Positions 17,640-27,853 of a DNA stretch of 64,000 nt are shown here, one piece after another. The notes below the pieces were generated by a model. That model was not told the DNA's origin and ran no database searches. It saw nothing but the letters and a program-made list of their open reading frames with translations. Where the stretch lies: the NCBI GenBank assembly GCA_023898665.1, contig CP060233.1, forward strand, positions 420,368 through 484,367, read 5' to 3'. Position numbers and translations under genes: made by a program. Each line of letters begins with the position of its first letter. Within the stretch, counting starts at the first letter, position 1. The DNA comes from Candidatus Nomurabacteria bacterium (GTDB lineage Bacteria; Patescibacteriota; Saccharimonadia; Saccharimonadales; HK-STAS-PATE-42).

Positions 17640-18678
17640 TAATTATTTTTTTAGCTTTAGGGGTGACTTTGCGGCCACGTGGGGTTCTTTCTATTAAGCC
17701 TAGCCGCATTAGGTAGGGTTCGTAATAATCCTCTATTGTTCCCTTTTCTTCGGCAGAGGCGTGAGAGAGTGTGTCTAGGCCAACTGGGCCTCCGTTAAAC
17801 TTTTCTATCATTATCTTTAATATCCTTCTATCACTTGCATCTAGGCCATGCTCGTCAATCTCTAGCATATTGAGTGAATCTAACGCAGTTTTTAAGTCTA
17901 CATCATTTGGGTTACCATGTACTTGGGCGTAATCCCTTACTCGTTTTAATATTCTATTAGCAATTCGAGGTGTTAGTCGAGATCTTTTTGCGATTTCTGT
18001 AGCTGCATCATCGCTAAGTTTGAGATCCAATACCTTCGCACTTCTTTTTAAGATATCCGCAATCTCATCCTCTTTATAAAAGTCTAATTGATGCACAAGT
18101 CCAAAACGATCTCTTAGCGGCGCTGCTAAAGATCCAGTCTTGGTCGTCGCCCCGATAAGTGTAAATTTAGGCAGATCAATTCTAAGAGATTTAGCACTTG
18201 GACCCTTACCTAAAACTATATCTAAACCAAAATCTTCCATAGCAGAATATAGTACCTCTTCTATAGCTGAGCTAAGGCGATGGATTTCATCAATAAATAA
18301 AATGTCACCTGGCTGAAGTTTTGTAAGCATACTTGCTAAGTCCCCGCCTCGCTCAATAGCAGGGCCGGCTGTTATATGTAGATTTGCTCCTAATTCTTTA
18401 GCAACAACTCCAGCCATAGTGGTTTTACCTAAACCAGGAGGACCGTAAAGGAGCAGATGGTCAATAGTCTCTCCTCTACTCTTAGCTGCTTTTATGGCTA
18501 ATTCTAAGTTTTGTTTGAGTTTTTGTTGACCGATATATTCTTTAAAAGATTTAGGTCTAAGATTTAGTTCATTTTTTATGTCAATAATTGTCATGTCATT
18601 AGACGTATTAACGTCAGACTTAGTTGAATCATCAATGTTATTAATGTCTTCGGGATCAAGTAGTCTATCAATTGCCAT
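17632..18678 (-). CDS. ruvB: Holliday junction branch migration ATPase RuvB
   Basis: [12 protein letters not shown], Walker [10 protein letters not shown], Walker B FIDEIHRL, and C-terminal winged helix LIERTPRGR. Confidence 0.95.
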   Translation of the reverse strand: MAIDRLLDPEDINNIDDSTKSDVNTSNDMTIIDIKNELNLRPKSFKEYIGQQKLKQNLELAIKAAKSRGETIDHLLLYGPPGLGKTTMAGVVAKELGANLHITAGPAIERGGDLASMLTKLQPGDILFIDEIHRLSSAIEEVLYSAMEDFGLDIVLGKGPSAKSLRIDLPKFTLIGATTKTGSLAAPLRDRFGLVHQLDFYKEDEIADILKRSAKVLDLKLSDDAATEIAKRSRLTPRIANRILKRVRDYAQVHGNPNDVDLKTALDSLNMLEIDEHGLDASDRRILKIMIEKFNGGPVGLDTLSHASAEEKGTIEDYYEPYLMRLGLIERTPRGRKVTPKAKKIIIS

Positions 18679-18688
18679 TTGTTTTTAA

Positions 18689-19207
18689 CTAATTCTCGAG
18701 TATGTCCTGATTTTGTTTGAGTTCTTCTGAGGCCTGCTTTAAATACTCTCCTTCTCTACCAGGTTGAATACCAAACTTTATAAACTGATCACCGTTACTC
18801 AATTCAAGAGCAATAGTAACTTTTGTGCAAGGATCTTCAAAAGTGGCAGCACACTCTTCCGGCTCAGCTATGTAGCTTATTAATTTTTGTTTATCTTTTG
18901 GATCACTTAAAAAATCCTGTCCGTTCTCACTCAAATATTGATTGAATAATTCTTTACGCTTTTCTTCATTTTGGAATTGCTCATCATTAGGGAATGTTCC
19001 ATTTCTATCCACTAAAATCATTAAATTCTCTTTTAGCGCCGTTACTCTGGCTATTCTTTGCTCATCGTAAACTTTGTTTTGCATTGATGCTCGTGTACTA
19101 AGGGCCCATAAAATTGAACACAATACTACAGATACTATGAGTAACAACTCAAAGACTGTTAAGCCTCTAAAATTATTGTTTTTTACTTTTTTTTGATTCT
19201 CATCCAT
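18689..19207 (-). CDS. prepilin-type N-terminal domain protein (type IV pilin/pseudopilin-like)
   Basis: NNFRG/LTVFELLLIVSVVL resembles the G/FTLIE prepilin cleavage-methylation motif. ATG 19207 is preceded by TGTTATACT plus 8 nt. Confidence 0.5.
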   Translation of the reverse strand: MDENQKKVKNNNFRGLTVFELLLIVSVVLCSILWALSTRASMQNKVYDEQRIARVTALKENLMILVDRNGTFPNDEQFQNEEKRKELFNQYLSENGQDFLSDPKDKQKLISYIAEPEECAATFEDPCTKVTIALELSNGDQFIKFGIQPGREGEYLKQASEELKQNQDILEN

Positions 19208-19283
19208 TAAACTTAAGTATAACAAAAATTTTAAGTTTACAGCCTGGCAATTAGTACCTCTAAGCTGTTAGAATTTAGTTAGT

Positions 19284-20132
19284 ATGACAACAGATAAGCT
19301 ACCTGATACTAATAATACTGATTTTGAAAAAAAAGATGTTAATCCTCCTCAACATAGTTCATCGGAGCAAGTTATAAAAGATTCTAGTATAGAATCACGG
19401 TCTCATGGTTTTAAAAAGCTCAAGTTTATTCCTGAAAGTAACAGTACCAAAGTAATTTATTTGGTAGCAGGATTTGTTGGACTGATATTAATACTTCTGT
19501 TAATTCTTATGCTAAGCGGTGGTGGGTCATCCAATAAAAAAGTTAATCAGAAATCAGATCCTGTAGTTATTAAAGATCTCGAAGCAAATAATAACAGTGA
19601 AGGATACGTTGATTCGGCTCCAGCAAACTTTGGCGAATTTAGCCTTAATCTCAACTTTTCTCAGCCAGAACTAATAAAGTCGCAATTATCTGAAGTAAAC
19701 TTAGGTCAACAGGTATCTTGGCAAGATGGTTTTGCCATTCTAGCTGCTTCCGTCGACCGTGATTATCGCCCTGCTTCTGAGTACGATTATAAAAAGGTTG
19801 CTGAAGCAGGAGATGAATTCGTAAGAGTAAATTTTTTGGTTGGTAACGCCTCCTATAATAATATGAATATCGGATATGATGACTTGGCGTTATATGCTGA
19901 AGGAGCTGGTTTAAAGAAAACCGAACCGGAACGGATGTCTGACGATACTTATTCACCTAGAGATGGGCAAATTTTAGGAGGTAAACAAACTCAGAAAATA
20001 TCGTTACATTTCAGGGTGAAGAGAGGGCAATCTTTTTATATAACAAAGTCAAAATCTTTTACTCAAAATAACGCTAAAGTTAAGAATGGTGAGGAGAAAA
20101 AACCTATATTAACTTTAAGGATAAATCTATAA
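19284..20132 (+). CDS. membrane-anchored hypothetical protein (DUF4352-like Ig-fold C-terminal domain?)
   Basis: 282 aa with TM helix VIYLVAGFVGLILILLLILML. The C-terminal beta-rich domain pattern is reminiscent of DUF4352; the assignment is tentative. Confidence 0.4.
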   Translation: MTTDKLPDTNNTDFEKKDVNPPQHSSSEQVIKDSSIESRSHGFKKLKFIPESNSTKVIYLVAGFVGLILILLLILMLSGGGSSNKKVNQKSDPVVIKDLEANNNSEGYVDSAPANFGEFSLNLNFSQPELIKSQLSEVNLGQQVSWQDGFAILAASVDRDYRPASEYDYKKVAEAGDEFVRVNFLVGNASYNNMNIGYDDLALYAEGAGLKKTEPERMSDDTYSPRDGQILGGKQTQKISLHFRVKRGQSFYITKSKSFTQNNAKVKNGEEKKPILTLRINL

Positions 20133-20141
20133 TTATTAATA

Positions 20142-20675
20142 ATGGTTAAAATTAAGCTAAATTCTAAACTACTTTCGATCCCTGTACTATTAGGACTTCT
20201 TTCTATGTCTCCATATTTTGTAAATAGATCTTACGCTTTTAATGAAGATAATATTTATAATCAAGAAATTGGGAGCAAAATAGTATCTAGATGCGATATT
20301 ATTAAAGAATATCTATCAAAGACTGTTAGGATAAGTGAGCTTGCTGCTAGGCAAAATAGAGTTAGGGGCTGGGAATATATATTACGAAGACTGGACAACC
20401 TTGAAGAAGGATATATTAGGTTTAACGTTGATCATAGCGAGCTTGCTTCTGCTCTGGTCTCTTTAAGACAGCAATTAGAGCAGTTTAAAGTTGATTTTGA
20501 AGCATACGATGGTGAATTCCAAAGATTATTATCTGTAAGTTGTAAGTTAGATCCACAAAACTTTTGGAAGCAGTTAGAAACGTTAAGAAGCTTTAGGTCT
20601 GGAATTGCTCTTTCTGCCGAAAATTATACAAATAATTTGAATAGTGCGATTTCTGTGGAGGATAAAAAATGGTAA
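20142..20675 (+). CDS. exported hypothetical protein
   Basis: 177-aa ORF with a signal-like N-terminus, then helical. It lies 9 nt after the previous gene and overlaps the next by 7 nt, so it looks like an operon. Confidence 0.4.
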   Translation: MVKIKLNSKLLSIPVLLGLLSMSPYFVNRSYAFNEDNIYNQEIGSKIVSRCDIIKEYLSKTVRISELAARQNRVRGWEYILRRLDNLEEGYIRFNVDHSELASALVSLRQQLEQFKVDFEAYDGEFQRLLSVSCKLDPQNFWKQLETLRSFRSGIALSAENYTNNLNSAISVEDKKW

Positions 20676-21067
20676 AAAAGATTAAAAAGATATTGCACAA
20701 GTTGGCAAAGTCTACAGGTATTAAGCGTCATCCACATGAGCATCATTCCTTTACGCTTAGAAGATTAATTTTATCTGCCTGCTTGTTTAGTTTAGTTATT
20801 GTCAGTATTTCTAGTTGGTTGTTTTATAAGGATCCACGGAGCAAGTACGATCTCGTAAGACCTGGTAGGCGTGAGTTACCAAACTCATTTAAGGCAGAAG
20901 AAGACTCTAGTATTAAATTTGAGTCAAAAGATGACATTAAGGTTGAGATCCAACATATTCAGAGTCAATTAAAGAGTTTAGATACTTATGGTAATTTTAC
21001 TAATGATGCTTTAAGCAATGATAAAGTTTTGCAGAATTATTTGGATCAGCCAGTTTTAGAACAATAA
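20669..21067 (+). CDS. membrane hypothetical protein
   Basis: 132-aa ORF with one TM helix, LILSACLFSLVIVSISSWLF. Confidence 0.4.
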   Translation: MVKKIKKILHKLAKSTGIKRHPHEHHSFTLRRLILSACLFSLVIVSISSWLFYKDPRSKYDLVRPGRRELPNSFKAEEDSSIKFESKDDIKVEIQHIQSQLKSLDTYGNFTNDALSNDKVLQNYLDQPVLEQ

Positions 21068-21216
21068 CTCCGTAAAGGTTCTGCTATAATTATTTTTTAA
21101 GATGTTAACTTTAAATCACAATTTTTTGTAGTTTCATAATTATTACCCCTTGCGGGGTTAATACTTTACTGCTTAATGTAGAGCTTATAAATAGAAGCAA
21201 AAATTTAGTTTTAATA

Positions 21217-22440
21217 ATGAATAACAAAATGACACTCTCAGAAGAACTAACTTGGCGAGGATTTGTTCACCAAACTACATTTAAAGATATAAAAGAACTA
21301 GACAAACAAAAACGAACCTTTTACCATGGTTTTGACGCTTCAGCAGACTCACAAACGGTGGGTAATTTGGCGGCTATGATGTTCGATGGAATTCTGATGA
21401 AACACGGGTTTAAGGCTATTTTACTAGCAGGAGGGGCAACTTCTTTAGTAGGCGATCCTGGTGGAAGGACTTCAGAGAGGCAGATGCAGGCGGAAGAAAG
21501 AATAAAAAATAATGTTGAACGAGCCCAAGAGGAGCTGAAGCGAATACATAGAGGAAAAGATTTTACTTTAGTAAATAATATTGATTGGACTAAAGACTTA
21601 AAAGTCCTAGACTTTTTAAGAGACATTGGAAAGAACTTTGGCGTTGGTGATTTAATTAAGAAAGATTTCATTGCCAGTAGACTTGGAGAAGGGTCTGATG
21701 GAATAAGTTATGCTGAGTTTAGCTACACTCTCTTGCAAGGTATGGATTACCTTCATTTATTTGATAACTACGGTGTAACTCTACAGATAGGTGGTTCTGA
21801 TCAGTGGGGTAATTGTATCTCTGGAGTTGATCTGATTAGAAAAACTAGAGGGAAAGAAGCTCATGTTTTATCACACATCTTAGTTGTTAATAAATCGACT
21901 GGTAAAAAGTTTGGTAAAAGTGAAGAGGGTGCGGTTTGGTTAGACCCTAATAAAACTAGTGTGTTTAAGTTTTACCAGTTCTGGTTGAATATGGATGACG
22001 AAGGAGTTGGTGATTACCTAAAGATCTATACAGAGATTACGCCGAATAAGTTCAATAAGCTGATGGCAGACTTTAAAATAGATCCTGCTATGCGTTTAGC
22101 GCAGAAGTTTTTGGCATATGAGGTCACTAAGACTGTTCATAGTGAAGAAGCGGCAAATAGAGCTAAGAAGATGACTGAAGTTATATTCGATGGAAGAAAT
22201 GTTGCTGAACTTAGTGATACTGAGTTTAAAGAACTTGCTGAAGAACTACCCAACTCTAATAAAGAGGATTTACTAGAGTTCTTGGTAGATACTAAACTTG
22301 CAGAGAGTAAAAGTGCTGCCAGAAGACTTGTTGAGCAAGGATCTATTCAAATTAACGGTATTAAGGCTAATCTAGATACTAAGTTTAGTACTGAATCATT
22401 AGTTAAAAAAGGTAAGAACAGCTTTGCTGTTAAACTTTAG
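21217..22440 (+). CDS. tyrS: tyrosine--tRNA ligase (atypical HIGH motif)
   Basis: GFDASADS, LLAGGATSLVGDP, YTLLQGMDY, LQIGGSDQWGN, KFGKS (KMSKS) and a C-terminal S4 domain. The HIGH position reads TVGN. Confidence 0.9.
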   Translation: MNNKMTLSEELTWRGFVHQTTFKDIKELDKQKRTFYHGFDASADSQTVGNLAAMMFDGILMKHGFKAILLAGGATSLVGDPGGRTSERQMQAEERIKNNVERAQEELKRIHRGKDFTLVNNIDWTKDLKVLDFLRDIGKNFGVGDLIKKDFIASRLGEGSDGISYAEFSYTLLQGMDYLHLFDNYGVTLQIGGSDQWGNCISGVDLIRKTRGKEAHVLSHILVVNKSTGKKFGKSEEGAVWLDPNKTSVFKFYQFWLNMDDEGVGDYLKIYTEITPNKFNKLMADFKIDPAMRLAQKFLAYEVTKTVHSEEAANRAKKMTEVIFDGRNVAELSDTEFKELAEELPNSNKEDLLEFLVDTKLAESKSAARRLVEQGSIQINGIKANLDTKFSTESLVKKGKNSFAVKL

Positions 22441-22457
22441 CGACTAAGCTTAACTGG

Positions 22458-23807
22458 TTATAAGGCTTGTGATTCTAGAAGTAACGATTTGGCTTGCTCT
22501 AGAGCGTCCTGCTGGAAAGAATATAGACTTGCTACATTAACTTTGTAGTTTTCTTGGATATTGACTGATGTGTTACCAAATGACTCTAGGTATAATTTTG
22601 CTTTTTCTTGATCTTCAGCTGATAAAACTCCTGTTTTTCCAGTTAAAAGTACAATTATCCCATCTTCTAATGAGTCCATTGATTCAGTACATATTGTAGT
22701 TAAAGCCTTACTTAAATCATCAGAACTTTGACTTAAATCTCCTGGCTTTTCTACTTCTTTTAATAACTTTATAGAAGAATTGCATTCTGTAAGTAATGTA
22801 TTAAGGTCGGTATTTAATTTTTCTGCGGCAATTGTTGTTAGATCTGTCTGCGCTAGTTCATCTAGTTTCGCTACTACATCAAATGAAGTCGATAAGACCG
22901 CTATGTATTCAGGATAGTCTGAATACTTTTCTTGATAAGCTTTAATCTTTTCTTTTAAGTCTAAGGTGGATTTATTTGCTTGTTTTGCCTTTTTATAATT
23001 TGGGTTTATATCTCCTAAGAATACTGTACCAAGACTACTGGAGTTACCCTGAGCTACTTTTAATTTATTGAAACCGGATGTTAGTTCTGCGCTATTAATG
23101 GGTTGCTCACTCAACGCTGATTGAATTTGAGATAGTGCCTCGTTAAATCCTGAATTTAAATAAGCATTTTTATAGCTTTGGGCAGCCTTGTTTCCAAAAA
23201 AGAATATATATACTCCCAATGCAATTAATGATAATACTATAAAAATAGCTAAATATATTAATATTTTTTTTAATTTAGCGTGTCTGTTTCTTTTTTTTGT
23301 GGCAGGTTCTTCTTGAAAAAGTCTATCTGCTTGCTGGTCTGACATTTGATTTTCAGTGTTTGTACTTGGAGATTGGTTAGTGCCAACTACTTCTTTTATC
23401 TCTTTTGCAACAGGGCTGACAAATCCATCCATTTTACCAGATGCCGATGTTTTAGAGGGCTCTGTTTGAGCAAGTGTAGATTGACCCATATCAACTGCAT
23501 CCGTAACCTCATTACCAATGCTTTGGGCAATTTCAGGAGTATGTTCTGAAATGTTAACTGGAGCTGGTGGGCTTGGGTTTGCAAGTTCTTCTGCGGCTGG
23601 ACTCCCTGCTGGAGGCCATGCTTCTACAGGGCGCTCTGGAGTGGGGGCTATATTCTGTGCGACTGGTTCAGGTCTACCAGTTGCTACGGGTTGGTTACTG
23701 TTATTTTGTTGAGCTTGTGGTTGGGGAGAAACTGGGTTTGGATTAGGAGGAATTATTGGAGGTTGTTGTGGGTTTGGTTGTGCTGGTTTATTGGCTAAAG
23801 GGTCCAT
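22458..23807 (-). CDS. hypothetical membrane protein with Pro/Gln-rich N-terminal region
   Basis: 449 aa. Low-complexity P/Q-rich N-terminus, one TM helix (ILIYLAIFIVLSLIALGVYIFFF) and a helical C-terminal domain. Confidence 0.5.
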   Translation of the reverse strand: MDPLANKPAQPNPQQPPIIPPNPNPVSPQPQAQQNNSNQPVATGRPEPVAQNIAPTPERPVEAWPPAGSPAAEELANPSPPAPVNISEHTPEIAQSIGNEVTDAVDMGQSTLAQTEPSKTSASGKMDGFVSPVAKEIKEVVGTNQSPSTNTENQMSDQQADRLFQEEPATKKRNRHAKLKKILIYLAIFIVLSLIALGVYIFFFGNKAAQSYKNAYLNSGFNEALSQIQSALSEQPINSAELTSGFNKLKVAQGNSSSLGTVFLGDINPNYKKAKQANKSTLDLKEKIKAYQEKYSDYPEYIAVLSTSFDVVAKLDELAQTDLTTIAAEKLNTDLNTLLTECNSSIKLLKEVEKPGDLSQSSDDLSKALTTICTESMDSLEDGIIVLLTGKTGVLSAEDQEKAKLYLESFGNTSVNIQENYKVNVASLYSFQQDALEQAKSLLLESQAL

Positions 23808-23921
23808 ATTTATTTAATCCAATTTAATGTCATTTATTAAGCTTAAGTTTATAATACTTGTTTAACAGTTATCAAGCTATAATTAAGCAATATAGAAAAT
23901 TATGTAATAATTAAGTTTAGT

Positions 23922-24497
23922 ATGTTTGAGGATTATAAAACTAAAGATTCTGTAGTGATTGTTTACACTGGGGATAGTAAAGGTAAGACTTCTGCCTCTC
24001 TGGGTTTGATGTTAAGGGCTCTCGGAGCTGATATGAGAGTTGCCTATGTACAGTTTATTAAGTACTGGGAGGTTTCTGAGCACAAGGCTATTACTGAACT
24101 AGAAAAAGTCTATAAATCTAAACTTAAGTTTATTAAAGGTGGCAAGGGTTTTTATAACGCGGGTGATTTAAGTGCTAAAAATGTATCTGAGGATGAGCAT
24201 AAATATGCAGCCATAGATACATATAAAAAGGCATTAGAATTTGCCAGAAGCGATGAATTTGATTTAGTTATTTGTGATGAAATTAATAATGCGGTTAACG
24301 ATGGATTGTTAAATAAGAAAGATTTATTAAGTCTAATCCAATCAAGATCTAAAAATTGCTCATTGTGCTTAACCGGACGTAATTTTCCGAGTGAATATTT
24401 AAAATACACAGATATTGCTACAGAGATGACTAAGCGTAAGCATTATTTTGATGATAAGTTTAAATACAGGGATATTGGATCAATTGTTATTGATTAG
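23922..24497 (+). CDS. cob(I)yrinic acid a,c-diamide adenosyltransferase (CobA/CobO/BtuR type)
   Basis: VIVYTGDSKGKTSASLGLMLRALGADMRVAYVQFIK matches the CobA-type P-loop N-terminus, and DLVICDEI is a Walker B-like motif. Confidence 0.7.
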   Translation: MFEDYKTKDSVVIVYTGDSKGKTSASLGLMLRALGADMRVAYVQFIKYWEVSEHKAITELEKVYKSKLKFIKGGKGFYNAGDLSAKNVSEDEHKYAAIDTYKKALEFARSDEFDLVICDEINNAVNDGLLNKKDLLSLIQSRSKNCSLCLTGRNFPSEYLKYTDIATEMTKRKHYFDDKFKYRDIGSIVID

Positions 24498-24898
24498 TCT
24501 TCCTTTGGTTCTAAGGCCCCTGGCTCAATAAACTCTTTATCGTAGCCGCAAGCTCCTCTATTTCTATTGGGCAGGTTCAAATTAAATACCTCAATTTTTA
24601 ATTTGTCGTCAGTCTTCATATCTTGCTGAGCATCTTTCTCTGTTCGTACTTTATCTTCTTGACTACATACATATTCAAAAATAGAAACCTCTAGTGTTGC
24701 ACGATTAACCCTCGTGCGGTATGCAGTACCGTCTGGTCTATAAAAAACATTATTTTTACCCTCTAACACTCCATCTTCTTTCTCTATGAGTGTATGTCCA
24801 TTAACTTCAGTTGTTTGCGTACATGCTGCACCTAAAAGTGATACAACTAAAAGAACTGGTCCAGCTATATACTTATTTTTTTTATTTAAGTTTTTCAT
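24494..24898 (-). CDS. lipoprotein (hypothetical)
   Basis: Start taken at MKNLNKKNKYIAGPVLLVVSLLGAAC, which has the lipobox LLGA/C. Confidence 0.5.
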   Translation of the reverse strand: MKNLNKKNKYIAGPVLLVVSLLGAACTQTTEVNGHTLIEKEDGVLEGKNNVFYRPDGTAYRTRVNRATLEVSIFEYVCSQEDKVRTEKDAQQDMKTDDKLKIEVFNLNLPNRNRGACGYDKEFIEPGALEPKED

Positions 24899-24973
24899 AT
24901 ATTTATATTGTAACATTAATTCTATCTTAATGCAAGTTAATATATACCTCAAGAAAAAATTTAGGAGCATAAT

Positions 24974-27787
24974 GTGAATGATATGAGTGAAGAGATTGTT
25001 GTTAAGGGTGCTCGGGAAAATAACTTAAAAAATATCGATATTACTATACCTAAGAACAAGTTAGTTGTTATTACTGGCTTAAGTGGTAGTGGGAAGAGTT
25101 CTTTAGCTTTTGATACTATCTTTGCCGAAGGTCAGCGACGTTACGTTGAGAGCCTAAGTTCTTATGCCCGACAGTTTTTGGGTATGGTCGAAAAGCCAGA
25201 CGTTGATAACATTACTGGATTATCGCCGGCAATTAGTATTGATCAAAAAACTACGAGTAGAAATCCAAGATCTACCGTGGCTACAGTTACTGAAATTTAT
25301 GATTATTTAAGGTTGCTTTATGCAAGAATTGGGGTTCCGCACTGCCCAGTATGCGGTAAAGAGATTACTCAGTTAACTCAGCAAGATATTGTTAATGAAA
25401 TACTCAAATTGAAAATGGGCATGAAAGCTTTAGTGTTGGCTCCTGTTGTTCTTGCTAAAAAAGGAGAGTTTCAACATATTCCTGAAGAGTTTTTAAAAAA
25501 AGGTTTTGCAAGGGTAAGAGTTGATGGGGTTGTTTATGCACTCGACGAGTTCCCTCTTTTAGAAAAGCAGAAGAAGCACACCATTGAAGTTGTAGTAGAT
25601 AGATTGATTATTAACGAAGAAAACAGAAATAGAATTAGCCAAAGCGTGGAAGCCGCATTAAACTTAACATCTTCTTTAGTAAGTGTTTTGGATTCTGATA
25701 CAGATGAGGTACACAGTTTTTCTAAGGCTTTTGCTTGCCTGGATCACCCGGAAGCTGGACTAAAGGAGTTGGAGCCTCGAGTTTTTTCTTTTAACTCACC
25801 ACAAGGAGCCTGCCCTGAGTGTACTGGGCTTGGCAATAGGCTTGAGGTTGACCCAGAATTACTGATGCCAAATCCAAGACTTAGTATTACAGAAGGTGCG
25901 ATTCGACCTTTACAGAGAATGGGAGCTGATGCTTGGACAATGAAGCAGATTCTAGCGACATGTGAGGCTCATGGAATTGATGCCAGAAAGCCGGTCGGTG
26001 AACTAACTGAAGACGAGAAGAAAGTGATCTTAGAAGGCAGTGATAGAAAAGTCAAAGTAAGTTTTGGACGCGGGAGCTACGAAGTTAAGTTTGAAGGGGT
26101 TGCTAAGAATATTAGACGCAGGTGGCAAGAGACAGACTCAGAGAATATGCGTCGAGAGCTCGAAAAATATATGCGTGAACAACCTTGTAACACTTGCCAT
26201 GGTAAAAGACTTAAGCCTGAGGTTCTTGCTGTAAAGATTGATAAATATTCTATTATGGATATTTGTGAAATGGATATTGAGTTTGCAGTTGATGTTTTTG
26301 ACAAGATTAAGTTTAGTGATAAAGAACAAGCGATTGGACGTCTAGTTTTAAAAGAGATTAAATCTAGGTTAAGTTTTTTAAATAACGTAGGTTTAAGTTA
26401 CTTAAACTTGGCCCGTTCTGCTGCAACTTTAAGTGGAGGTGAAGCCCAAAGAATCAGGCTTGCTACGCAGATTGGTTCTGGCCTAGAGGGAGTTTTATAT
26501 GTTTTAGATGAGCCAAGCATTGGCTTGCATCAAAGAGATAATACAAAATTACTTGCTACTTTGAAGCATCTTAAGGAGTTAGGTAATACAGTAATTGTTG
26601 TAGAACACGATGAAGAAACTATTATGGAGGCAGACTACTTGGTGGATGTGGGTCCTAAAGCTGGTGTGCATGGTGGAGAAATAGTAGCTGCGGGAACTCC
26701 GAAAGAAGTGGCAAAGAATAAGGATAGTATAACTGGAGCATATCTCGCAGGGCGCGAAAAAATAGAGGCAAATAAAAAAATACGAAAAGGCAATGGTTTA
26801 AGCTTAGAGATCATTGGTGCTAAAGAAAATAACTTAAAGGATGTCAGTGTTAAGATCCCTCTTGGAAAGATGGTCGTTGTTTCTGGAGTTTCTGGCTCTG
26901 GAAAATCTACACTTATTAATGATATTCTTGCTAAAGAATTACACGCTCAGCTGCTAAGAGCTCAAGAGCCAAGTGGTAGACATGAACGAATTGATGGAAT
27001 TGAGAACTTAGATAAAATTGTTATTATTGATCAATCACCTATTGGTAGGACTCCAAGGAGCAACCCTGCAACTTATACTGGATTATTTGGCCCTCTTAGA
27101 GATCTGTTTACTGCTCTTCCAGAAGCAAAAGTAAGAGGATATAAAGCTGGTAGATTCAGTTTTAATGTAGCCGGTGGGCGTTGTGAGACTTGCCAAGGTG
27201 ACGGGGTTATTAAGATAGAAATGCACTTTTTACCTGATGTTTATGTACCTTGCGAAGTGTGTCATGGTAAACGCTATAAAGCTGAAGTCTTGGAGGTAAA
27301 GTTTAATGGTAAAAGTATTGCTGATGTTTTAGAGATGACAGTTGAGGACGCTGTTGAGTTCTTTAAATCTCAGCCTGCGATAAACAAACGCTTAAGTATG
27401 CTTAACGATGTAGGTTTAGGATATATAACTTTAGGCCAAAGTGCGACTACTTTGAGTGGAGGCGAGGCTCAAAGGGTTAAGCTTGCAACTGAGCTAAGCA
27501 AGCGCCCAACAGGTAAGACTTTATACGTTTTAGATGAACCGACAACAGGATTGCACATGCACGATGTTAAAAAGTTATTAGAGGTTTTAAATACTTTGGT
27601 AGATTCTGGAAATAGCATGGTTATTATCGAGCACAACTTAGATGTAATTAAATCTGCTGATCATATTATTGATATGGGTCCAGAAGGCGGCCAAAAAGGT
27701 GGCCTTGTTGTTGCGGAAGGAACACCGAATGACGTATCTAAAGTAAAAGGTAGCTATACTGGATGGTATTTACAAAAAAATCTTTAG
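24974..27787 (+). CDS. uvrA: excinuclease ABC subunit UvrA
   Basis: 937 aa with two ABC modules (GLSGSGKSS, GVSGSGKST, two LSGGE signatures) and zinc modules (CPVCG, CPECTG, CNTCHG, CETCQG...CEVCHG). Confidence 0.95.
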   Translation: MNDMSEEIVVKGARENNLKNIDITIPKNKLVVITGLSGSGKSSLAFDTIFAEGQRRYVESLSSYARQFLGMVEKPDVDNITGLSPAISIDQKTTSRNPRSTVATVTEIYDYLRLLYARIGVPHCPVCGKEITQLTQQDIVNEILKLKMGMKALVLAPVVLAKKGEFQHIPEEFLKKGFARVRVDGVVYALDEFPLLEKQKKHTIEVVVDRLIINEENRNRISQSVEAALNLTSSLVSVLDSDTDEVHSFSKAFACLDHPEAGLKELEPRVFSFNSPQGACPECTGLGNRLEVDPELLMPNPRLSITEGAIRPLQRMGADAWTMKQILATCEAHGIDARKPVGELTEDEKKVILEGSDRKVKVSFGRGSYEVKFEGVAKNIRRRWQETDSENMRRELEKYMREQPCNTCHGKRLKPEVLAVKIDKYSIMDICEMDIEFAVDVFDKIKFSDKEQAIGRLVLKEIKSRLSFLNNVGLSYLNLARSAATLSGGEAQRIRLATQIGSGLEGVLYVLDEPSIGLHQRDNTKLLATLKHLKELGNTVIVVEHDEETIMEADYLVDVGPKAGVHGGEIVAAGTPKEVAKNKDSITGAYLAGREKIEANKKIRKGNGLSLEIIGAKENNLKDVSVKIPLGKMVVVSGVSGSGKSTLINDILAKELHAQLLRAQEPSGRHERIDGIENLDKIVIIDQSPIGRTPRSNPATYTGLFGPLRDLFTALPEAKVRGYKAGRFSFNVAGGRCETCQGDGVIKIEMHFLPDVYVPCEVCHGKRYKAEVLEVKFNGKSIADVLEMTVEDAVEFFKSQPAINKRLSMLNDVGLGYITLGQSATTLSGGEAQRVKLATELSKRPTGKTLYVLDEPTTGLHMHDVKKLLEVLNTLVDSGNSMVIIEHNLDVIKSADHIIDMGPEGGQKGGLVVAEGTPNDVSKVKGSYTGWYLQKNL

Positions 27788-27853
27788 CTATATTTTTTAG
27801 GTAATTTAGAAAAATATATGTGACCTAAACGTAAATTTCTATAATATTTGCTA

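Noticed and set aside
21068-21216. T-box leader upstream of tyrS
   Set aside because: The region is only ~150 nt with one small hairpin (ACCCC-TTGC-GGGGT). There is no specifier loop, AGAGA/GNUGGNA elements or T-box sequence, so it is more likely just a promoter (TGCTATAAT at ~21084) plus a short leader.
23600-23807. Pro/Gln-rich low-complexity stretch with alternative-frame ORFs (23518..23712, 23396..23584)
   Set aside because: It is explained by the P/Q-rich N-terminus of the 449-aa membrane protein. The alternative-frame ORFs are compositional artefacts.
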